From Octopus bimaculoides (lineage: Eukaryota): a stretch of DNA of 44,756 nucleotides. Shown piece after piece: positions 1 to 12,488 of the stretch. The notes beneath the pieces were generated by a model. The model saw only the letters and a list, made by a program, of their open reading frames with translations. It made no database searches and was not told the DNA's origin. The stretch lies in the NCBI RefSeq assembly GCF_001194135.2, contig NC_069005.1:20608590-20653345 (forward strand), in the 5' to 3' direction. A program made the translations under genes and the position numbers. Every line of letters starts with the position of its first letter. The stretch's first letter is position 1.

Positions 1-40
1 ATGTATGTATGTATGTATGCTTGTAAGTATGTATGTATGT
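1..40. repeat. (ATGT)n microsatellite
   Basis: Direct tetranucleotide repeat. Confidence 0.9.
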
Positions 41-299
41 ACAGGACGTTTAGGCTCAATTTGGCAATATTTTAAGTCTCCTTTTTCCAGGAACAGCTTA
101 ATGTATTGGTGAACAGTCAGTGGTGTTGGAGAGCATAAAGATTAAAATTGTAGTTGAGAAAAATTTAGTTGACATGGTGGACAGGAAGCCATCTGAATAT
201 TGGAAAAGAGTTACTCATATCATGATGATTTAAGCAGGAAATGAAAATGCAGACATCATGACTGCTACTCAATGCTCTGAGGACATTGTAAAGGTTGTA

Positions 300-885
300 A
301 GATGTGATATAGATATCATGGAAACCAAGTTCCTCCAAACTGTGATGGTCTTTGGATGTGCCTCCAGTGAAGTGATGTTATGCTGTCTACACATTTTGAA
401 CAGGGCCACAGGCTCAATTCAGACTGTATGAAGCTGCTGGAGAGAGTTGCTGCCGGAAGTCTATATGTGTGGCGGTAGGGTTCAGCTCTTTGCCATATCT
501 CCAGAAAGAGTGAGAAATGGTTGTCTGAGAATTCCTACAATTTCACCAGCCCCAATTTCTGGCCTCCTAATCTCTCTGATTGTAACTCCATGGATTACAA
601 TGTGCAGGGCATGGTTGAGAAAGACACCAACCATTCTCCCTGCAGCACCAAGACCAAGCTGGAGGCCAAGATAAATGAGCTGTTCATAGATCTTCCCAGG
701 GACACAGTGAGGAATGTATGCACCCTGTTCCAGAGCGATTTTGAGGTTGTGGGGAAGCTGAGGGCAACTTCTCTGAGTAAACTGTTATCTCTCAGCTATA
801 ATCTAGTTGATATCTTTTATTTTTTAAAGTACTTTTGTTTTTTAAATGGGATATTGTTGTATAGTGAAATTGTACACCCCTCCTG
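300..885 (+). mobile_element. Degenerate DD37D/maT (Tc1/mariner superfamily) transposase, 3' part
   Basis: Frame-shifted translation METKFLQTVMVFGCASSE..., SENSYNFTSPNFWPPNLSDCNSMDY...VEKDTN; the WPPNSPDxNPxDY-type motif; homologous to 11333-11695. Confidence 0.8.
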
Positions 886-1652
886 GTAAAAAGTGGTAGT
901 AGACAGCCATTATAAATAGCCCAGTAGCCAGTCAACAAGAAAAGGTCAAAAAGGTCGAGAGTATGTGTAGATTGTGTCGATAGTTGTGTCTGTGCTGATA
1001 TAGGAATTACACTATGATACTGAATGGATGTTATATCGATCCAACCTTTTAAGGATAATAACACTATACGACTGGGGGTAGTACAGTGCCAGATAGAACA
1101 TTCTTTTGATGACTTCAGAATATAACAATATCTATCAGAATGACAACCATTGTCAAAGGACAGATACAACAGTGGCAAAAGACAAATATTGTGTTTTGTT
1201 TTCCTTTTATGCAAACTGTCCAATTTAGTCCAAACACCTTGTTTGTACCATACATTTTAACATTTAAGTATCTCTGTAAAAAAAAGAAAAGGCAAGCAGT
1301 GTGAAGTCTGGTGAACACTGAGTATATTCTACTGAACCTCTTTTTCCAATCCACCTGTTTAACAAAATCTCATCAGAATAAGCCCTTGCATTACTTTGAT
1401 AGGGTGGGGAGTGTTTCATTTTTCTGGAAATAAAACTCCACGTCTTCCAAGTTCTCTTGAATGCTTGGCATGAAAGACTGTTGGAGCATGTTTGAGTAAC
1501 ATCAAAAAAAGAATAATCCAATTAATTTTTTTGATAATTAGTCACACCATACTGTTAACTCTTGATAAATCAATGTGATGTCCCTCCATAAAATGCAGAC
1601 TCTCAGGTCCTCAGTGGGTGCAATTGTGGAGGTTAATTGAATCAGTTAATTT

Positions 1653-1654
<2 letters not shown>

Positions 1655-1720
<66 letters not shown>
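1655..1720. repeat. (GT)n microsatellite in the intron upstream of the protease exon
   Basis: Perfect dinucleotide run. Confidence 0.95.
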
Positions 1721-1721
<1 letters not shown>

Positions 1722-1806
1722 GTAGGTTTTTAACAGTGCATTAAACTAAATATCTGCTATTCCTTTATTCCTTAATTTCATTCTTCATTTATTTTCTTCC
1801 CAACAG

Positions 1807-1965
1807 GGTGATTCTGGAGGCCCTCTCTATTGTCCATCAAGCAATGGTAAAATGGTGGTTGCTGGGATCACATCTTTTGGCTATGATTGTCAGCATGATG
1901 CAGCCATCTTTACAAATGTTGCCCATTACAAAAGATGGATTAGATCTATGATGAAGATTATGTAA
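1807..1965 (+). CDS. Terminal coding exon of a trypsin/chymotrypsin-family (S1A) serine protease
   Basis: Pyrimidine tract and acceptor (...ttcttcccaacAG at 1805-1806), then GDSGGPLYCPSSNGKMVVAGITSFGYDCQHDAAIFTNVAHYKRWIRSMMKIM*. Contains the catalytic Ser motif GDSGGP; a phase-0 intron just before GDSGG is typical of this family. Upstream exons not identified in the window. Confidence 0.92.
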   Translation, partial: GDSGGPLYCPSSNGKMVVAGITSFGYDCQHDAAIFTNVAHYKRWIRSMMKIM

Positions 1966-2098
1966 GAGATGGCCAATGTTTACTGACCAATATGGTGGAA
2001 TTGATATTCTCTCTTCACAAACATTGACACTAACACCACCAACAACAACAACAACAATAGCAACAACAACAAATACCACAACAGCAGGTACTGAATTG

Positions 2099-2104
2099 AA
2101 TAAA
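2099..2104 (+). terminator. Candidate polyadenylation signal of the protease gene
   Basis: AATAAA about 135 nt after the stop; further AATAAA copies near 2235. Confidence 0.4.
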
Positions 2105-2254
2105 TCAACTCCTCAGTAACATAAATGGTACTTGTCTTCTCATAAACTATTAAAATCAACTTTATGTAAGTATTAAGGGACAAAACTAGATACTGCCGAA
2201 AGGAATGTAAATGTTTCTCTCGTGTTACTGGCCATAATAAAATAAATATAATAA

Positions 2255-5050
2255 TAATGATGATGATGATGATGATGATGATCATGATTTCTTTTATTTG
2301 TCACCAGGATGACATGAGGGGGAACAGTACAAAAACAGACATAAAGTGTTGGGGTTTACACAATGATATATTTTTTTTAAAAAAGGGTAAAAGGTTTACA
2401 TGGTACACAGTAAAAATAAAAGAAAGAAACATACATAGTAAGGATCAAAAAAAAAAAAGTGATAATGATGGGCTCCTCCTTATACAGGAGGACCTGTTGG
2501 AACAATTGAGGAACCCCACCATTCAAGATCTGGCTGAACACCAAGTGCAACTGTCCTCTCCAATTCTTGTTCTCCAAGTCACAATTCCTATACTTAGAGC
2601 AGTGTTGTCCCCTCTTAACACCTTCACCCACCTTTCAATAAATTTGCTCATGGATAGCACCTCCCTCTCTACCCTCACTTTTCTTTTCAAGTGAAACTTG
2701 AAGAGGTTGAGGTCACTACTAAAGTGGAATGCCTCTGTCCTAATACCTTTTCCTCTCATTCACCAGACAACTTCTTTCACAATGGTCACCAGACAAACAA
2801 AAACTGCCTTACTTGACCAGTTAAAAGAGATCAGCAAGGCAATCATCACTATGGACTCAGCCAATAGCCAGGCTCATTCTACACACAACAACAGCTGTTC
2901 AACATAACTCTACAAGTCAGCAATGCCTAGACACTGATCAAGTGCATACTGGATAGTTTTGTCTCTTTGTGTGCATCTCAGATAACCTCATCTAACAGAT
3001 CATTCATGCCTGGAGAGTTTGTCACAAGTCAATAGCATCCTTAGGTACCATTGCTAGGCCAAGGACTTCTGGAAATTATCTATGTAGTCCCCATCAGAAA
3101 AATCCTCTGGAATTGTCTAGCCAGTTTGATTTCATTGATGCCTCAACACTACTCCTCTATATATTACTAAAATGGAACAGCCACCAATCCCATTTCCCAA
3201 CTGGCAGAGGGCTGTGAGAGCCTAATGAGACTCTAGGCCCCAAGTGCCCACTCTCATTCTTCCTTCACCCAGAATTGCAGCTCTGCCAAGGAGACAAGCT
3301 GGAGAAAGGCATGCCTCATGAATAGAGTGCATGCATGTTTACCAATTAGAAATTGTCGCAGGTGATGCAAACTCAGTGGGTATTTGTACATCATGCCTAA
3401 GGTGCCATGCAAAAGGTGCTGGTAACAGACTGACCACCTGACCATTGGAAAGTGTCCCTTTCCACTAAAAAAATAAATGACAGACATGCCAACCTATGGT
3501 GGCTGGGTCAAAGCACAACAGTCTTGCAACAAATAATAACAGATATGATGGAGATATTTTCCACTTCTGTGTGTCCCTTCAGGGACAGCTTCTTCTCTGT
3601 CCATTTCTAGGTAAGACTGGTTACTCTGTCACCATGTACCAGTACTTATCCACTTGGTGGTTGAGACTGAATCACATCCTGAGTAGTTTAACTGGTCTGT
3701 CAACCAACACCCAACAATGCTGTCCAATAATATGTACTTGCCTTTCCAAGTGCCCAGCTGCAAGCCTACTGATTTGTTAGTGTTGTTTTTGGTCCCTGCA
3801 ACTGACTCGTTCCTTTACAATAGTGCTTACTATCACCATTTCAGAGGTGTCCAACACCATCACATTGACGTTGTCTGTTTATGTCAACATTGCTCTCCTG
3901 GGTCCCAGTTTGAATGGGATACCCCTCAACAGTTCCAACTACTGCAGCAGTGGCTCAAGAGCCTCATCAGGCTCTCACAGCCCTCTGCCAGTTGGTAAAT
4001 GGGATTGGTGGCTGTTCCATTTTAGTAATATATAGAGGAGTAGTGTTGAGGCATGTACAGAAGAGTCAGAAGTGGGCAGCCCTGATGGGCCAATATGGTT
4101 CTGATAGGTGCAAAATGGTTCCGATGGGTGGCCTTTCACTTTGACCACCAAGCAGGTACCATTGTGTATTACAACCCAACCTCTGAAAATGGGTACAAAC
4201 TTGGTTGATTTCTGGACGGTTTCACAGTAATTATGGTAGACCTTATCGAAAGCTTAGACTGATCCAAATTGATCAAAGCCCCACCGAAGTCAGGTTTCAT
4301 CCCAGCTTCCTCTATGATGTATCACATAAGGTGGAGGTTGTCATGGATGGACCTGTTCAGGATTATGCATACTTGCACTTTCCTCACCAGACTACTGATG
4401 ACATGCACCAACCTTTTTACTAACAACTCGGCCAAAATCATAAACTCTGTGCTTAGTAGAGTTATGGACTGAAAATTGCCAAGCACTTCTCCTTTGTTGG
4501 CATCCTTCCTCAGGAGTGTTACCATACTCCAGCTAACAGTACAAGGAATTCTCCCATTCTGCTGCCAGTTACGATTGACACCTGCAAGGGGCTGCAAAAC
4601 AAATTTGGCATGAACTCGAAGAACCCATTGGTCTGCTTCTTTCCCCTCTTTGGCTCCTGCAGGCTACCCATCCATGTCATCCCTCTCTTTTGTCTCCATC
4701 CCTACCCACCCCCAACAGCTGTATCACCTTAATTAATCCTGCTCCTTGCCACTCTCTTCTGCATCCCTCTATCTCCTCCTGACTCACGACTCCTTGCTCA
4801 TCCATCCTTCAACTCAATCTATTCTGGTAGTCTGCCTCTCCATCCCCTCTTTCTCCTTCCCATACAATCTTGCAACCCACTCACTCACTTCCACTCTTCT
4901 GCCTTGTGAAGAGACCTGGGCATCTCATCACCATTATATATCTCTTGCAGTTCCTGCTGGTCATTTCCTCTTTCCTCTCTTTCCCTTTCTCCCACTAAAT
5001 GTGGGTGGCCATGCCAGTCTTCTACAAGAACCTACCTACTACCAGTACCC
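2255..5050 (-). mobile_element. Degenerate L1/Tx1-clade LINE, ORF2 (RT and C-terminus) with 3' end
   Basis: Minus-strand RT motifs VTLLRKDANKGEVLGNFQSITLLSTEFMILAELLVKRL...RSIHDNLHL (4322-4597); C-terminal FKFHLKRKVRVERE...FIERW (2523-2759); 3' AATAAA followed by a (CAT)n tail at about 2255-2300; 5' limit approximate. Confidence 0.8.
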
Positions 5051-5059
5051 ACTCCCTTC

Positions 5060-5420
5060 TCACTGATCAATCCCCTCACCCAAAACATGCAGCTGCCTAT
5101 CCACAAGGGTTTTGTAGCATGGCGACCTCAAGAGTGCTGGTGCCACATAAACAGCACCCAGTACACAACTGTAAAGTGGTTGGCATTAGGAAGGGCATCC
5201 AGCCAAAGGAGCCCTGCTAAAGCAGACAACTGGAGCATGGACAGTGCAGTCCTTGGACACAGTGAATCCTTGTCAAACCATCTAATTCATGCCAGCATGG
5301 GACATAAACATTAAATGATGATGATGGTGATGACGATGATGATGGTGATGATGATGGTGATGATGATGATGGTGTTGGTGGTGGTGTTGGTGGTGGTGAT
5401 GATAGTGATGTTGATGATGA
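5060..5420 (+). mobile_element. RTE-LINE 3' UTR fragment with (GAT/GGT)n tail
   Basis: Shares ...ggcattaggaagggcatccagcc...catgccagcatgg...taaatgatgatg with the 3' end of the RTE copy at 21800-22640. Confidence 0.7.
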
Positions 5421-5543
5421 TTTCTTCATTGGCCACAAGGTTCCTTAAATGCATATAAATAAGATATTACACATAGAGGTTGCAAAATTGTATGGAGATG
5501 AACAAGACAAAGTTATATAAAAGTTATCTAAATTATATAAAAG

Positions 5544-5612
5544 TCATCATCATCATTTAACATCCGTTGTCAATGCTGGCATGGGTTGGACGGTTTGACC
5601 AGAGCTGCCTTC
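5544..5612 (-). mobile_element. Short RTE 3' terminus, reverse orientation
   Basis: tcatcatcatttaacatccgttgtcaatgctggcatgggttggacggtttgacc is the reverse complement of the same tail. Confidence 0.65.
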
Positions 5613-5849
5613 AGATGAGGAGGCAGGTGTCGTCTCATGCATTTTGGACACATTTAGTTTGGGTTCATGTTTTTATTTTTCATGCAGCTTTTCTGTTTTT
5701 GTTATTAGTGCTATGGGTTACAGCTAACAAAACTAAAATTTCCTTCAACTGAGTGAAACTGAAGTAAATGGGGAGGCAACTTTATACTTAGAAGTAAGGG
5801 GTTAAAGTCTGAAAGAAGGGAACAGAATAGAACAGGTTTCTTGCACAAC

Positions 5850-6000
5850 CGTAACTTAGCGGTTTGGCAAAAGAGGCAGATAGAATAAGTACTAGGCTTA
5901 CAAAGAATAATTCCTGGGGTCGATTTGCTCGACTAAAGGCGGTGCTCCAGCATGGCCACAGTCAAATGACTGAAACAAGTAAAAGAGTAAAAGAGTAAAG
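5850..6000 (+). mobile_element. SINE family A, 3' half
   Basis: Near identical to 11080-11220 (taacttagcgg...ggtgctccagcatggccacagtcaaatgactgaaacaagta). Confidence 0.8.
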
Positions 6001-6619
6001 AAACACACTCACACACACATAGATATATTATATGCACATACTTATAACAATATGAATAAAGTTACTTAGCAATAAGCTTTGTGTGAGCCCCTATAGAATT
6101 ATGGCTGTTATATGTGCCAGTTTGGATCTGAAATGTCCAGTACGAAAAAGGTGTGAAGTAAATGAAGTATATCTACAAAGCATTTCAGAGAAGTAAATAC
6201 AAATTAGTCTGGAATATAAGAAGAAATTATTTTAGTGTAAGAGTCATAACTTAAATTGTGCCCCAAAAGTCATCTCCCCTGGTATAAGAAGTTATGAAAA
6301 AAAAATTAGCCTCAACAGAAAAAAGGAAGGAAAGACAAATAAAGAAACAAATGAAGGAGGGAAGTTACAAAGAAGGGAAGAAATAATGAAAGGCAGAGGG
6401 GACAGAAGGAAAGAAAGAAAGGGAAACGGGAGGAAAGAAACAAAAAGAGAAGACAATTTTTAATGCAGAGATTAAAAGGAATGGCAGGAGAAGAAAAGAA
6501 TGAAGGAATAATCTTTGGTCTGACAGTAAAAAGCAGTTTAGATAGATGGAGTGATGGTGGTAACCATCTTAACAATGGCTTAGACCAGGACCAGAAAAAG
6601 CATTTCCTCAACTACAAGT

Positions 6620-6990
6620 AAAACATGAAAGTCTCAAATTTAGCACTTATGTTATCATCCTTGTAAGATTATCAGTATTGATGTCTGAATCTTCTGCTGA
6701 AGTGTTTTTGGATTAACACTTGCATTCTTCAAATAATCTCCATTTATTATCATAATTTGTGACTTTCTTCTGAAAAGGTCCATGTAACTTGGTCAATATT
6801 GTGGGTTTCTGAATTAGCATGATTGTGCTTGTGTTTGTTGGACAGGCTTTCTGTCATTTAAGACCTGATGCTTTGGTTCACTGGACCTGACATTTGCTTC
6901 ATATACAATGGCTTCTGCGCGTAGTGACCATTGAGTGGACATGTGGTCTTGCTTCTATATGAGTAACTGGCCTCAGTGCTAGGGGTAAGC
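6620..6990 (-). mobile_element. Degenerate Penelope-like GIY-YIG endonuclease fragment
   Basis: Minus strand reads RSKTTCPLNGH...AIVYEANV, the CPLxGxC..IVYxA motif preceding GIY-YIG in Penelope elements; heavily frameshifted. Confidence 0.55.
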
Positions 6991-7082
6991 TTGTTTGAAA
7001 GGATACACTTCATGTGAGCTTTGCAACTGAAGGAAACTGTAAGTGCTTCCCTACTAAATAACCTTCTATGTTTATACCTTTT

Positions 7083-7470
7083 ATTTCTTACTTGTTTCAG
7101 TCATTAGACTGTGGCCATGCTGGAGCATCACCTTTAGTCAAAGGAATTCACTTCCGGTACTTATTTTCCCCACCTTTTTCTTTAAGCTTTGTATTTATTC
7201 TATCAGCCTCTTTGCTGCACCACTAAGTTAAAGGGATGTAAACACACCAACACCAGTTGTCATGCGGGGTGATGGGAGACAAACACTGACACAGAGACAT
7301 ACACACACATACGAGAAGCTTCTTTCAGTTTCCGTCTTCCAAATCCACTCTCAAGGTTTTGGTCAGCCCGAGGCTATAGTAGAAGACACTTGCTCAGGGT
7401 GCCACACAGTGGGACTGAACCTAGAACTATGTGGTTGGGAAGCAAACTTCTTACCACACAGCCATGCCTG
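7083..7470 (-). mobile_element. SINE family A, near full length
   Basis: Reverse complement of tRNA-like head (gtggctgtgtggtaag...ggttcagtcccac) plus body and tail seen at 10855-11220. Confidence 0.85.
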
Positions 7471-8759
7471 GGCCTATATATGGAGGAAACTATTTGTTGC
7501 CAAACTTAAGGAAAGCTTTCCTTATACTAGATTTAACATTTAAAGAGAAATTTTAACACTGAAATCTGTTAGATCTTTGATAACAAAATTATTATTTTTA
7601 TCATAAACGAAAAAATGTTGTTGTTACTATGAATGACAAACAGAGAGATAATTTGAAGTTTATTATTCATGGACTGGGTATGATAGTAGTCACTGTTGAG
7701 AATTCTTGATCTTAGCTGACCATTGTATGTTGTGGTTGCCATCCATCTGTTGTTTTTGTGTTGTGACAGTACTTTGGTCAGCTGCTGGTTCTGCTACTGT
7801 CTGCTGACTACTATCTTCAGGGTCTGGTCTGACGTCTGCCATCCACTGTCTGAAACATAAACCACAGTAAATTGAGGAGTTGTGGAAAAATGTAATCCTT
7901 GATATAACCTAAAAAGACAGGGTGGTCAAAGCTGGAATGATTCTTCTTAAAAACATTCCAACTTTATGAAATTTGTGGTACCTGATGCTCTAATCCCTTC
8001 TGGTTTTTATAAAGTATTGATGACACAATAAGTTATTTATAAGTTGTTGATGGTTAATTTTCATGGAACTCTAAAGAAATGCAAACTAATTTATGAAACA
8101 GAAAAATGAAAAAGGATTATAAAGGAATGAAGTATATTTTATAGTATATTGTGTGATGGTAGTTGGTTGTAATTCTGCCCTCAGAACTGTCCCTGATGTG
8201 TATACAAATAGTAATTTCTATTACTTATGGTTGCAGTTTGTATTGTTTCCATGTGAAAGGATAGATGTGAAAAGTAGAGCAATCTTTAAGTTGGGTGAAA
8301 TGAAAAAATATGACAGTAGTAAAGGTTGATGAATGAATGAAGAATATATACTTTATGATGTAAGTAATACTTTCAGCTGAGGTTGTAGTGTTCAGATGGT
8401 ATTTATGTTCAAGTGTTTTTAAAATGCAAACTTGTTACATTTAAAAAACTTGTAATTTTCCATGAATCTTAAAGAAGTACCTTTAGAAACGGAAAGGTAA
8501 ATGAATGAATGTAGTATATTGAATTGAATGAAAAAGTCTCTTGAAATGTGTCCTTATATTGGTACATTATTTGATATTATGTGCTGTCCTAGGAAGTTAT
8601 TATTTATTGTTAATCTCTGATAAAAACAAAATGAAATTGAAATATTGAAAGTAACAAATTGAGCAGAAATGTTTTAAAAAAATAGAAATGAAAGGGCAAG
8701 AAATGAAATGTTTCATATTTTGGAAGTTTGTGTGTAAATGATGGCAAATGAAGATAAAT

Positions 8760-10150
8760 ATATCTGTTGTTGTGTATGGCTGTCCACTATCTGTGATCTG
8801 CTTCCATATTCAGTGACAGGTAAGTTTTGTCAAAAATCTCCACCAAAAAAATTACCTCTCCTCCAAATGGAACATGTTCAAACCTGGGGGCAACTGTTTT
8901 CATAAGATCTGTTATTGTTCTATCCAATGACTCTAGGAGGAAATGGTAAGACAAGTGTAGCTTGAATGATGAAAGCTGCTTTGTTATTCTGTATTGATGC
9001 ATTACATATGACACCATTAACTGGACATAAGGATAAGGAGAATGTAGAATGGAATGTTGTACTCCCAGCAAGGCAAGTAACAAAGCGGCTATAGCAGATG
9101 ATGCTGTTGCTATAGTAATGTTTCCTTGTTTACAATGATATTGCAGAGAAAAGTTTTATTTGACCCCCCCTGCCATCAATAAGGAAAGTTTTAGTGTTAA
9201 GAATCCTCTCACTGCAAGCATCAGCTTTCAAATTCTGAATTGTCTCTTTAATGGCCTGGAATGCTGCCAGCTGACCACAATTTAGTTTTCTAACATTTTC
9301 ATCAAAGAAATTCTTTTGGTCATTGGGAGCAAAATTTCCAAGTTGTCACAGAATGATTTGATTGTTGGTATTGATATTGAAAGTGTTCATGTTTAGTGAA
9401 CTCTTAACTCTTTAGCATTTTAAACCACCCATATCTGGTCAAAATATTCTACCTGCTTTATATTAAAACTGACCAGATCTGGCCTCTTATACCTATCCTA
9501 AAATGTCATTCTAAAAATAGACAATCACATCATATCAAAATCTGAAAGCTTCAAGATAATACCTGATCAATTCAAAACAATGTGAATAGATAAGCATTAT
9601 GTTTGACAGCATAATCTGAATACTAAAGGGTTAGTGTTGTACCATTTTCACATAAAGTGAGTTCAATTAGTTTGTAAAGTATGTTGTTGTATGCTATCGT
9701 TGAAACCTAAAGCAATTGTATGATCTTCTGAAAAGTTCTTTTCAAATGTAAATTGGATCCTGCAAGATTGCAATAAATAAGAATGGGGCAGAAACATTTT
9801 TGCAATTGATTCAGAGTTACTGAAACATTTGCAAGGTTCATAGTCAGGTAGTATTCACAGTCATCATATATTAAATCCAGTTTTATTGTATCCTCTCTGT
9901 AAATATAGCAAACCACTGAATTAATAGTTTCTATATCTTCAAATGATGTAGCTCCAGGAATGCGATGCAATAAAGCTCTCAAATAGAATTGTTCCTGTTT
10001 TGCAGTAGACTAAAAAGGCCATTTTGCAGCCATTTGCAATCAACTTGATATTTTGGAAAATAAAAGCTATTGAAATAATTCAGGAAAATGTCCTCCTCAG
10101 CAAAATTCATTCAAGATCCATTTTGACTTATGATGACTTTTATGTCAGAT
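8760..10150 (-). mobile_element. Degenerate Helitron Rep-helicase (PIF1) fragment
   Basis: RALLHRIPGATSFEDIETIN...LIYDDCE (9707-9982); degenerate Walker A near 9150-9175; LESLDRTITDLM...PFGGEVI (8787-9083). Confidence 0.8.
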
Positions 10151-10622
10151 GTCAAAATAAGAATAAATAAACAACAGCAATTTTTGTAAATAAATATCAG
10201 CAGTCACCTTATACTTGTATGTTGAATTTGGTGTAAATTCATATACATTATGAGCTCTACACACTTGTATCTTTACTAATAACTGAATGGGATTAAGGTT
10301 ACTGTAATTGTTTTGATAATATCTAAAAGGAAACCCATCTGTTTGATAAGTGTTGTATTAATTCAGTATAGTGTGCTAATTAGTAATCTATTTAGAAAGC
10401 CAACAAATGGATTTGTTTGAACATTATTATCAAATGGAATTTAGAAATAACAAAAGACTAGTTTTATAAGTATTTTGAACTAATTTTTCTTTCGTTTTCA
10501 AAGAATAAAATTTGGGAGTGTAATATATAATTTGACAGACACAGACCTTCACAAAATATTTTTCAATTTCTCAAGATGTTAGTTATAGTATTGCAATTGA
10601 ATTAGTGGAGAAGGAAGTAGAC

Positions 10623-10720
10623 CAGTGGTTCCCAAACGAGGTATTTAAATGAGCTTTTCTATGGACTCCTTTTAACATGCTCATCCTTATGTATATCTAT
10701 ATATATAAATGGAACCACTG
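10623..10720. mobile_element. 98-bp hAT (Charlie-like) MITE
   Basis: Perfect 10-bp TIRs CAGTGGTTCC/GGAACCACTG and perfect 8-bp TSD AAGTAGAC (10615-10622 and 10721-10728). Confidence 0.85.
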
Positions 10721-10854
10721 AAGTAGACTGTGTACTTGAAAAAAAAATGAAGAAGACTGTAAATCCTGAAATTAAATAAAGACAGATGGCTCATAAGTTA
10801 AAAAAAAAGAAAACTGGATTTTGAGTGTTATGATGAACAAATAAAAAAAAATCT

Positions 10855-11220
10855 GTGGCTGTGTGGTAAGTAGCTTGCTTACCAACCACATGGTTCTGGG
10901 TTCAGTCCCACTGCGTGGCACAATGGGCAAGTGTCTTCTACAATAGCCTCGGGCCGACCAAAGCTTTGTGAGTGGATTTGGTAGATGGAAACTGAAAGAA
11001 GCCCGTCGTANNNNNNNNNNTGTCTGTGTTTGTCCCCCCAACATTGCTTAACAACTGATGCTTGTGTGTTTATGTCCCCATAACTTAGCGGTTCGGCAAA
11101 AGAGACCGATAGAATAAGTACTAGGCTTACAAAGAATAAGTCCTAGGGTCGATTTGCTCGACTGAAGGCGGTGCTCCAGCATGGCCACAGTCAAATGACT
11201 GAAACAAGTACAAGAGTAAA
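10855..11220 (+). mobile_element. SINE family A, full length (10-N gap in its internal microsatellite)
   Basis: tRNA-like head with A/B-box-like motifs, body and tail; many copies in this window. Confidence 0.88.
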
Positions 11221-11332
11221 AGATTAATAATGCAGTGTTTGAAATTCCTACAAGAGGAACTGTTTAGCCAATGAAAAATTACTGGATGAGTTAGAAAGAA
11301 ATTATCTTAACACTCTCACACACCTCTAGTGT

Positions 11333-11695
11333 GGGTGATGTCATGCTGGCCCACATCTTTGAATAGGGCCTTAGGCTTAATTCAGACAGCTATGTGAAAC
11401 TACTGGAGACTGTGGTCAAACCCTGACTAAAAAGGGTTGCTGCTGGAAAGTCATATGTGTGGCAGTAGGATTCAGCTCCTTGCCATATCTCTAGACAGAG
11501 TTAGAAGTGGTTGTCAGGGAATTCCTATGATTTCACCACTGCTGATTTCTGGCCTTCTAATTCCCTTAATTGTAATCCTAAGGATTGCTGTATATGGGTT
11601 ACTATATACGGGGTGCTACTGAGAAAGGCACCAATCGCTCTGCCTTCAATATCAAGGCCAAGATCACAGAGATATTTGAAGATCTTCCAGTGTCA
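11333..11695 (+). mobile_element. DD37D/maT transposase fragment
   Basis: GDVMLAHIFE*GLRLNSDSYVKLLETVVKP...DFTTADFWPSNSLNCNPKD; homologous to 300-885. Confidence 0.75.
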
Positions 11696-12486
11696 ATGGT
11701 GGTTCCAGAAATTCCATGCCGGAAACTACAGACTAGAAGACAAGCCTTGTCCTGGAAGATCTGTAGAGCATGATGAGGATGTCTTGCAAACCCTGGTGGA
11801 ACAAAATCCCATCATAACTGTTAAGAAACTAGCAGAGAAGCTTGGATTTAGTCATTCAACCATTCATAGATATCTGTGTGCTATCTGAAAATGACCATCT
11901 TTGGTTTCAAAACGAAAGGTGTTCTTCCATCAGGATAATGCTTGACCACATACAGCAAGGATGACATTCTAAAGGCTGGAGCAGTCTGAATCGGAAACAA
12001 TGCCCCACCCACCATATCTGCCGGACATTGCCCCATCTGATTATCATTTATTCTGCAGTCTTCAAAATCATTTAGACAGAAAAAATATGAATTCTGTAGA
12101 CAAAGTCAGAACAGTATTGGAGGAGTATTTTTTGTTACAGACAAGTGAATTTTGGAAGAAGGGCCTTGCAGGTCTACCAGATAGATGGAAGAGCACTGTA
12201 GAAAATGAAGGAGTATATATTTTAGATTTAAAAAGAACTTTGTTTNNNNNNNNNNGAAAAAATATGAATTCTGTAGACAAAGTCAGAACAGTATTGGAGG
12301 AGTATTTTTTGTTACAGACAAGTGAATTTTGGAAGAAGGGCCTTGCAGGTCTACCAGATAGATGGAAGAGCACTGTAGAAAATGAAGGAGTATATATTTT
12401 AGATTTAAAAAGAACTTTGTTTATTTTAATTTTGAAAAATAAAAGAAATATAAAAAAAACTGCATTATTTATGGGATGACCCAGTA
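11696..12486 (+). mobile_element. Internally deleted mariner (DD34D) remnant with 3' TIR
   Basis: HTH region WFQKFHAGNYRLEDKPCPGRS...LAEKLGFSHSTIHRYL; C-terminal HQDNA*PHT and HPPYLPDIAPSDYHLFCSLQNHL; ends ...ttatgggatgacccagTA. Confidence 0.85.
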
Positions 12487-12488
12487 TA

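Noticed and set aside
880-1640. Penultimate exon of the serine protease
   Set aside because: No frame with the expected C...ICAG...DxCQ-type motifs and a donor site was found
2257-2907. Plus-strand ORFs after the protease gene as extra exons
   Set aside because: Antisense to the Tx1 LINE ORF2 and start in an (ATG)n microsatellite
10855-10930. SINE heads (also 14887, 21172) as tRNA genes
   Set aside because: No complete cloverleaf; each continues into a repeated SINE body
12081-12420. Apparent 165-bp tandem duplication
   Set aside because: Exact copies flank a 10-N gap, the signature of unmerged contig overlap
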